Shown: piece by piece, positions 58,023-64,000 of the stretch
Numbering within the stretch: the first letter of the stretch is position 1
Layout: each line of letters begins with the position of its first letter
Assembly: GCA_037443445.1 (NCBI GenBank)
Contig: JBBIOJ010000007.1
Coordinates: 69,383 to 133,382, forward strand
DNA from: Desulfarculaceae bacterium
GTDB lineage: Bacteria > Desulfobacterota > Desulfocorpusculales > Desulfocorpusculum
Reading direction: 5' to 3'
DNA: 64,000 nt
Notes under the pieces: generated by a model
What the model saw: the letters and a program-made list of their open reading frames with translations, nothing else
Told to the model about the DNA's origin: nothing
The model's database searches: none
Program-made: the position numbers and the translations under genes

Positions 58023-59003
58023 GTGAGGGCTCTTGTGACGGGGGCTACAGGCTTTATAGGAAGCCATCTGGTGGAGGCGCTCTTGGCAGATGGACACCAG
58101 GTGCGGATCTTGAGCAGGCAGACCAGCGACCTTATCTGGATCCGGGATCTGGATGTGGAGCGGGTCACAGGGGATCTGCAGGAGGAGGTGTCCTTGGAGA
58201 AGGCGGTACAAGGCATGGAATGGGTCTTTCACCTGGCAGGGCTCACCAAGGCCAGGAGGCTCCACTCTTACATGAAGGCCAATACCTTGGGCACCTTCAA
58301 CTTGCTCAGGGCATGCACCGCGACCGAGAAACCTCCCCAAAGGGTGGTACTCTTGAGTTCCCTGGCTGCCTGGGGCCCCAGTTCACCTTCCTGCCCCAGG
58401 GGGGAGGCAGAACCCTGCTCCCCTGTGAGCCATTACGGGTTGAGCAAGGCCAGGGCCGAGGAAGTGGCCTGTTCTTTCGCCTCCAGGTTACCTTTGGTGA
58501 TCCTGAGACCCACTGCTGTGTACGGTCCTAGGGACAAGGACGTGCTGGCTTTTTTCCGTATGGTCAAGAAAGGCTGGTTCCTGAGGTTGGGGACCCAGGA
58601 GCGATACATCTGCATGATCCACGTGAAGGACCTGGTCAGGGCCATCCTTCTTGCTGCAAAGGCGCCTGTGCAATCAGGATCGGTGTACCCCGTTTCGGAC
58701 GGGGAAGTGCACACCTGGAGTGAGGTGGCCCAGATGCTGGCAAGGATAATGGGGGTGCGTGTAAGAAGCCTGAGTCTTCCTCTGGCCTTGGCCTGGAGTG
58801 CTGCCCTGGTTTCCGAGGCTGTCTCCTGGGTGACGGGCCTGCCCCCTCTTTACAACAGAGAAAAGCTCAAGGAGATGATTCAGCCGGGCTGGACCTGCAG
58901 CATAGAGAAGAGCAAGACCGACCTGGGTTTCGAACCAGCCATCTGCCTGGAAAAAGGGCTGATGGAAACTTATCTCTGGTATCAGAGGATGGGTTGGATA
59001 TAG
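58023..59003 (+). CDS. NAD-dependent epimerase/dehydratase family protein (candidate ceramide/3-ketosphinganine reductase-like)
   Basis: ALVTGATGFIGSHLVEALL Rossmann motif; YxxxK (YGLSK); divergent from the Spt-like gene. Confidence 0.65.
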   Translation: MRALVTGATGFIGSHLVEALLADGHQVRILSRQTSDLIWIRDLDVERVTGDLQEEVSLEKAVQGMEWVFHLAGLTKARRLHSYMKANTLGTFNLLRACTATEKPPQRVVLLSSLAAWGPSSPSCPRGEAEPCSPVSHYGLSKARAEEVACSFASRLPLVILRPTAVYGPRDKDVLAFFRMVKKGWFLRLGTQERYICMIHVKDLVRAILLAAKAPVQSGSVYPVSDGEVHTWSEVAQMLARIMGVRVRSLSLPLALAWSAALVSEAVSWVTGLPPLYNREKLKEMIQPGWTCSIEKSKTDLGFEPAICLEKGLMETYLWYQRMGWI

Positions 59004-59099
59004 GAGGAAGGATCCAACAATCCGCAACGCAAAGCACAAGGCGCCCAAACAGCCTCTGCCTTCCAATCCTTAGGCTGATCCCAAAGGGGAAGCAGAGCT

Positions 59100-59912
59100 C
59101 TATCCTACAGACTCCTCCTCCAGGCCCTCCCCGTCGGTGGCTGCCTGCTTTTGGCTACTGGGTTTCCCAAAGAGGACCGCAACCCAGATACCCAGCTCGT
59201 AGAGAACGCACAGGGGCACGGCCATGAGACACTGCGACACAGGATCCGGTCCCGGGGTCAGAATGGCTGAGGCCATGAATATGACGGGGATGGCGTACCT
59301 TCGTCCCTTCCTGAGTGTTCTGGGGTGAACAATCCCCAGCTTTGCCAGAAAAAAAATGAAGATGGGAAGTTCGAAGACTATCCCGAAGGCCAGGAGCAAG
59401 AAGGTTGCAAAGCTAAGGTACTCCTTCATGGAGGGCAGGGGTTTTATGAACTCTCCGCTGAAGCCCACAAAAAACTGAAAGCCATAAGGGAATACCACGT
59501 AGTAACCGAATACGGCTCCTCCCAGAAAGAAAAAGCTTGCAAAGAAGATGAAGGGTAAAGCAAGCCTCCTTTCCTGTGGATAAAGCCCCGGGGAAATGAA
59601 AGCCCAGAGCTGGTACAAGATCACCGGCACTGAGATCATCAGACCCGCAAAAAAAGAAGCCTTCAGATAAACCATGAAAGCCTCCAGCAGGCCTGTGAAG
59701 ATGAGGTGCCTGTCTTGGGGGGGGAGGACCTTGAGCAGGGGTTCTGATATGAACCTGAAGATCTCCTCCTTGAATACGTAAGCCACAACGGTCCCCACCA
59801 GGACCGAAAGCAAACACACAATAAGACGGTAGCGAAGTTCCTCCAGATGTTCTATGAAGGAGACTTTCTCGTCAGGCTTGAGTCTTCTCGGGAACTTTGG
59901 CTTCAGCCTCAT
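59100..59912 (-). CDS. tatC: twin-arginine translocase subunit TatC
   Basis: Six TM helices; FIEHLEELRYRL N-terminal motif typical of TatC. Confidence 0.85.
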   Translation of the reverse strand: MRLKPKFPRRLKPDEKVSFIEHLEELRYRLIVCLLSVLVGTVVAYVFKEEIFRFISEPLLKVLPPQDRHLIFTGLLEAFMVYLKASFFAGLMISVPVILYQLWAFISPGLYPQERRLALPFIFFASFFFLGGAVFGYYVVFPYGFQFFVGFSGEFIKPLPSMKEYLSFATFLLLAFGIVFELPIFIFFLAKLGIVHPRTLRKGRRYAIPVIFMASAILTPGPDPVSQCLMAVPLCVLYELGIWVAVLFGKPSSQKQAATDGEGLEEESVG

Positions 59913-60195
59913 GGGGGCCCGTGGGCTCCTCCTGCTTTTTTTCTTCCGAGGGCTGGCTGGGGACTTGCCCCTGTGCAGCTTCTTGTTGCTGGCTTGCAGG
60001 GGTGGCTTCGGGTCTTTCAGGTTCCTCCATGATGGTAGCCAGATCTATCTGCCCCTTGAGCTCCTCGCCTGCGCGTCTGAGCTGTATGAAGGCCCTGCCC
60101 AGGGTCCTGGCTATTTCCGGAAGCCTCTTGGGCCCTATGAAAACCAAGGCCACCACAAGGACTATTAGGATTTCCTGCATGCCCAGGTCGAACAT
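59872..60195 (-). CDS. tatA: twin-arginine translocase subunit TatA/TatB
   Basis: MFDLGMQEILIVLVVALVFIGPKRLPE single-TM helix plus amphipathic helix; upstream of tatC. Confidence 0.8.
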   Translation of the reverse strand: MFDLGMQEILIVLVVALVFIGPKRLPEIARTLGRAFIQLRRAGEELKGQIDLATIMEEPERPEATPASQQQEAAQGQVPSQPSEEKKQEEPTGPHEAEAKVPEKTQA

Positions 60196-60437
60196 GGTCG
60201 CCTCTTTCTTGGCAGAGCCCGGAGCCACAAAAAAACATCAGTTCCAAGCATGGTACGTCCTGCCTGAAAAACCTGTCAAGGAGGCCTTCCTGAGGGAAGG
60301 GGAGCGTGCTAAAGTCTGCTCCCGAGAGAGCTTTGAAGAGGGTTTGCTCAAAAGGGCATAGGCCCCTCTTGAGCCCTTTTTTTGCCAAGGGCCGAGAAAG
60401 CCCTGTTCATTTTCCTGAGACCTCTGGAGGGTGGGAA

Positions 60438-60761
60438 ATGGAGGAAGCGAGGCTGATAGTAGTCTTGGTGAGCCTGCCAGATGCTGACAAGGCCTGCTCC
60501 CTGGCCAGGGATCTGGTTGAGAAAAGGCTGGCCGCCTGTGCCAATGTCCTGGAGGGGGTTCGCTCTTTCTATAGATGGAAGGGAGAGATCTGCCAGGACC
60601 CAGAGGTATTGCTCCTGATCAAGACGCGCCAGGAGTCATTGGAATCATTGGTTCAAAGGGTGCGATCCGTGCACCCCTACGAACTCCCGGAAATCCTGGC
60701 CCTGGATGTGTCAGGAGGACTTGCTGAGTACATGAACTGGGTCAGGGAAGAGACCAGCTGA
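60438..60761 (+). CDS. cutA: divalent-cation tolerance protein CutA
   Basis: About 107 aa; CutA1 motifs (VVLVSLPD....A..LV...LAACAN; YRWKGEI). Confidence 0.8.
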   Translation: MEEARLIVVLVSLPDADKACSLARDLVEKRLAACANVLEGVRSFYRWKGEICQDPEVLLLIKTRQESLESLVQRVRSVHPYELPEILALDVSGGLAEYMNWVREETS

Positions 60762-61049
60762 AAGGGCATGGCTTGGCCCATTGCTCCGAAGCGGCTTGTC
60801 CTGAGTGGTTTGGGCCTGGCCGCCAGGAGATGGGATCAAGCCGAGCCGGGTTCGTGCTCCAAGGATGCCTTCAACAGGAAGCCGGGCCCAGGCTCTCGAG
60901 GGTGAGGCCAAGGGGTGAAACATAAGGCTTTTTGTTCTTGATTTCTGGCTGTTCATATAGTAAAGGTCTACTTTGCCTCTTGGTGAGCAGATAGAATCCG
61001 GGCAGAGCGGGAGACGGGCCGAGAAGGGTGCAGGCCCAGGGAGGATGCC

Positions 61050-61682
61050 ATGTTCGTGAAAGACTGGATGGTGACGGATCCTGTGGTGGTTGCCCCCAAC
61101 ACACCCATTCTGGAAGCCCAGCGAATAATGAGGGAGAGGAAAATAAGAAGGCTACCGGTGGTGGAACGCGGAAGGCTGGTGGGGATTGTGACGTACAGGG
61201 ATATCATGGAGGCCACTCCCTCTTCGGCATCCAGCTTGAGCATTCACGAGATGCACTATCTTCTTTCCAAGCTCCAGGTCAAGGACGTGATGGCAAAGGA
61301 TCTGGTGGTAGTAGGCCCTGATGACTCGGCAGAGCATGCAGTGCTCCTGGGTGCCCAGAGGGGGGTGGGCGCCCTGCCCGTGGTGCACAGGGGGAAGCTG
61401 ATAGGGATTGCCACGGAGGCGGACATAGTGCGGGCGTACCTGGCCATGCTGGGTGCCAGGGAGGATCTCCTGCGCATAAGCCTAAAAGATGTGGAGCTTG
61501 AAAAAGGGACTCTCCTGGAAATAGGGAAGGTGGTGGAGGAGGCTGGAGCTGAGCTGGTCAGTATTTTCAGCCTTCCGCAAAGAGCCAGTGATCTGCGAAT
61601 GGTGGTCATAAGAGCCAGGGGGAAAGACCAGGCAGCGGTGGAGAAGGCTCTCAAGGCAAGGGGATACGCGCTTCACAAGTAA
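61050..61682 (+). CDS. CBS-domain pair protein with C-terminal ACT-like domain
   Basis: Two CBS motifs (VKDWMVTDPVVVAP...; VKDVMAKDLVVVGPD...LPVV..GKLIGI). Confidence 0.7.
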   Translation: MFVKDWMVTDPVVVAPNTPILEAQRIMRERKIRRLPVVERGRLVGIVTYRDIMEATPSSASSLSIHEMHYLLSKLQVKDVMAKDLVVVGPDDSAEHAVLLGAQRGVGALPVVHRGKLIGIATEADIVRAYLAMLGAREDLLRISLKDVELEKGTLLEIGKVVEEAGAELVSIFSLPQRASDLRMVVIRARGKDQAAVEKALKARGYALHK

Positions 61683-61716
61683 AGGCTCCTTGGAGTCCGA
61701 AAGAGGAGGGAGCTTC

Positions 61717-62376
61717 ATGAGAATTCGGGACTGGATGACTACGGATCCTGTGGTGGTGACTCCTGAGACACTCCTGGTGGAGGCCAGAAAGAAGATGGAC
61801 GAGTTCAAGATCCACCATCTCCCTGTGGTAAAAAAGGGAAAGCTGGTGGGCATGCTGACCAGGCGAAAGCTCCTGGAAGCCTCGCCTTCTTCTGCCACGA
61901 CTCTCAGCATGCACGAGTTGTCGTATCTCTTGGCCAAGATGACCGTGGGGGATGTAATGGTGAGAGACCCGGTGTGGGTGACTCCGGATACTCCGGTGGA
62001 AGACGTGGTGCTTCTGGGCTACAAGAAAGGGATCGGTTCTTTCCCGGTTGTCGAGAGCGGCAAACTGGTGGGCATAGCCACGGCCACCGAGCTGACCAGG
62101 GCCCTGTTGGAGATTCTTGCAGCCAGGGAGGAGGGAGTGCTCAGGCTCACTGTCCTGAATGTCTCGGTGGATGAGGAAACTTTTCCCAGGATCACCAAGG
62201 CATTGCGGGAGGCCAAGGCCGTGCCCCTCAGCATATTCTCCTTTCCCGAGAAGGGCTCTGCGGATAAGAGGATAATAATCAGGTGCAAGGCCCAAAAGCA
62301 CAAACCAGTCATTGAAGGACTCAAAGATGCCGGCTTCCAGGTGGAGAAAGTGGTCCCCTTGAGGCTTCACAGCTAG
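61717..62376 (+). CDS. CBS-domain pair protein, tandem paralog of the preceding gene
   Basis: MRIRDWMTTDPVVVTPE... is co-linear with the previous protein. Confidence 0.7.
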   Translation: MRIRDWMTTDPVVVTPETLLVEARKKMDEFKIHHLPVVKKGKLVGMLTRRKLLEASPSSATTLSMHELSYLLAKMTVGDVMVRDPVWVTPDTPVEDVVLLGYKKGIGSFPVVESGKLVGIATATELTRALLEILAAREEGVLRLTVLNVSVDEETFPRITKALREAKAVPLSIFSFPEKGSADKRIIIRCKAQKHKPVIEGLKDAGFQVEKVVPLRLHS

Positions 62377-62517
62377 TGTTGTATTTTGTGCATCCTGAGC
62401 TTTTCAGACCGGCTGGACAGGCCGGGCTGGCTGGCCCAGGGTGGTCAGGGACCCGGGCAGAAGGGCGGGTCTCTTTTTTTGCGAGGCAAAAACTTGCCCC
62501 ACAGAGAGGAGGCGACT

Positions 62518-63663
62518 ATGCGTAAGAACTATCTCTTGACCCCGGGCCCCACCCCCATCTCTCCATCCACGCTCTTGACCATGGCCCAACCCATAATCCA
62601 CCACCGCACAGGCGAATACGGGGCCATCTTTCAGGAGGTGAGAGAGGGGCTCAAGTATCTGTTCCAGACCCAACACGAGGTTCTGCTATTTAGCTCTTCA
62701 GGCACCGGGGCAATGGAAGGGGCCGTGACCAACACCTTGAGCCCAGGGGATAAAGCCCTTGTGGTGAGAGGAGGAAAGTTCGGGGAAAGATGGGAGGAGA
62801 TCTGCCTGGCCTACGGAGTGCTGCCGGTTATCCTGGACGTGGAGTGGGGAAGGGCGGTGAGGCCAGAAGATGTGGCCAAAGCCCTGGAGGCAGATCCACA
62901 GATAAGAGCGGTCTTGGTTCAAGCCAGTGAGACTTCCACAGGAGTGCGTCATCCGGTCAAGGAGATAGGAGAGATAGTCTCCAGGTACCCTGAAACCATC
63001 CTCATAGTGGATGCCATAACTGGCATCGGGGTCTTCGACCTCCAGACAGACGCCTGGGGCTTGGACATAGTGGTTGCAGGCTCCCAAAAAGCGGTAATGC
63101 TTCCCCCGGGACTGGCTTTTGCCTCTGTGAGCCCCAAGGCCTGGGAATTTGTGGAAAAGGCCCGGCTACCCCGCTTCTATTTCGATTTCAAGAAAGAGCT
63201 GGCTTCGGCCCGAAAGAACCAAAATGCTTATACTCCCGCAGTCTCACTCATAGTGGGGTTGAGGGAAGTGCTCCAGAGGATACGAGAGGAGACTCTGGAG
63301 GGGATCTTTGAACGGCATTCCAGGATGGCCAGGGCCACCCGTGAGGCTGTGAAGGCCCTGGGCCTGGAACTGCTGGCGCCAGAGTCGCCCAGCGAAGCGG
63401 TCACAGCAGTGAAGGCTCCTGGGGGCGTGGACGCAGGGCGCATTACGGGCCACCTGTGGGATCGGTACGGGGTTCGAGTGGCTGGCGGCCAGGGCCACCT
63501 GAAAGGAAAAATTTTCAGGATAGCGCACATGGGTTTCATGGATGCCTTTGACGTTATCATCGGCATTTCCTCATTGGAGTTGACCCTTCGAGACCTGGGT
63601 CTGCCGGTGGAACCAGGGAAAGGAGTGGGGGTGGCCCAGGAGATCCTGGCGGGAAGGGTCTGA
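62518..63663 (+). CDS. class V aminotransferase (serine-pyruvate/phosphoserine aminotransferase-type)
   Basis: MRKNYLLTPGPTPI start typical of AGXT/SerC-like class V enzymes; PLP Lys context VAGSQKAV. Confidence 0.75.
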   Translation: MRKNYLLTPGPTPISPSTLLTMAQPIIHHRTGEYGAIFQEVREGLKYLFQTQHEVLLFSSSGTGAMEGAVTNTLSPGDKALVVRGGKFGERWEEICLAYGVLPVILDVEWGRAVRPEDVAKALEADPQIRAVLVQASETSTGVRHPVKEIGEIVSRYPETILIVDAITGIGVFDLQTDAWGLDIVVAGSQKAVMLPPGLAFASVSPKAWEFVEKARLPRFYFDFKKELASARKNQNAYTPAVSLIVGLREVLQRIREETLEGIFERHSRMARATREAVKALGLELLAPESPSEAVTAVKAPGGVDAGRITGHLWDRYGVRVAGGQGHLKGKIFRIAHMGFMDAFDVIIGISSLELTLRDLGLPVEPGKGVGVAQEILAGRV

Positions 63664-63698
63664 CAAAGGGCAGGTCTGCCCAAAAGGAGGGAAGAGCT

Positions 63699-64000
63699 AT
63701 GGCATACCGCGTGTTGGTGAGCGACTCCTTGTCAGGGGAGGGTATAGAGGTTTTCCGCAGGGCCGAGGGTGTGGATGTGGACGTGGAGACTGGCCTGGGT
63801 CCAGAGGAACTCAAGGCATTGATAGTGGACTACGATGCCATAGCCATTAGAAGCGGAACCAAGCTGACCGCGGAGATCATAGAGGCTGCCGAGAGACTCA
63901 AGGTGATAGGAAGGGCCGGCATCGGGGTGGACAATGTGGACCTGGATGCAGCCACCAGAAAAGGCATCGTGGTGATGAATACTCCCGAGGGGAATACCAT
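63699..64000 (+). CDS. serA: D-3-phosphoglycerate dehydrogenase (N-terminal part; runs off the window)
   Basis: My own translation gives [19 protein letters not shown]...[53 protein letters not shown], a typical D-2-hydroxyacid dehydrogenase/SerA N-terminus; RBS AAGGAGGG. Confidence 0.75.
   Translation, partial: MAYRVLVSDSLSGEGIEVFRRAEGVDVDVETGLGPEELKALIVDYDAIAIRSGTKLTAEIIEAAERLKVIGRAGIGVDNVDLDAATRKGIVVMNTPEGNT

Noticed and set aside
61651-62370. 239-aa minus-strand ORF antisense to the second CBS-domain gene
   Set aside because: The CBS-pair protein on the plus strand aligns convincingly with its tandem paralog. The antisense ORF has no features.
1-64000. CRISPR arrays, transposases, integrases and prophage genes, which were looked for especially near the two tRNA genes
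   Set aside because: No regular direct-repeat/spacer arrays and no transposase-, integrase- or phage-like ORFs were recognisable anywhere in the window. The tRNAs appear to be ordinary chromosomal copies.

Overview
High-GC (about 60%) bacterial chromosomal segment with dense gene packing and no mobile elements or CRISPR arrays. The gene content (tungsten-type aldehyde:ferredoxin oxidoreductase, a NuoEFG-like diaphorase module, Fe-S flavoproteins) suggests an anaerobe such as a deltaproteobacterium or Thermodesulfobacteriota-like organism; this is an inference from gene content only. Recognisable content from start to end: the classic surE-pcm-nlpD stress locus; dksA; a GAF sensor kinase followed by prmA-rsmE; tRNA-Phe; cobB (a sirtuin); an old yellow enzyme reductase; a second pcm paralog; a complete LexA-regulated mutagenesis cassette lexA-imuA-imuB-dnaE2 with a palindromic operator inside a near-consensus promoter; tRNA-Leu; a rhomboid protease; a NuoE/NuoF/NuoG-N-terminal-like diaphorase module; a tungsten AOR with a MoaD-like gene; an S1-domain protein; cysE; a CDF transporter; a fatty-acyl-CoA ligase; AsmA; a putative bacterial ceramide synthesis gene set (PAP2 phosphatase, large GNAT N-acyltransferase, serine palmitoyltransferase-like alpha-oxoamine synthase, epimerase/CerR-like reductase); tatA-tatC; cutA; tandem CBS-domain proteins; and a class V aminotransferase followed by the start of serA. 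The most unusual feature is a family of four paralogous small proteins (84-178 aa) that share a conserved core motif GWE..PP.VG.RY.V...NGKV.RTS.V.K...GF.T.NS.Y.L. The copies lie at four separate loci, two of them flanking the AOR-MoaD operon. I cannot assign them to any named family. Other points of interest are a secreted cysteine-rich protein with five CX3C motifs, an Fe-S protein carrying the AcsC/RnfB-type CX2CX4CX16CP motif, a TrpD paralog with degenerate active-site motifs, and two unusually long, lower-GC non-coding gaps (about 0.7 kb each).
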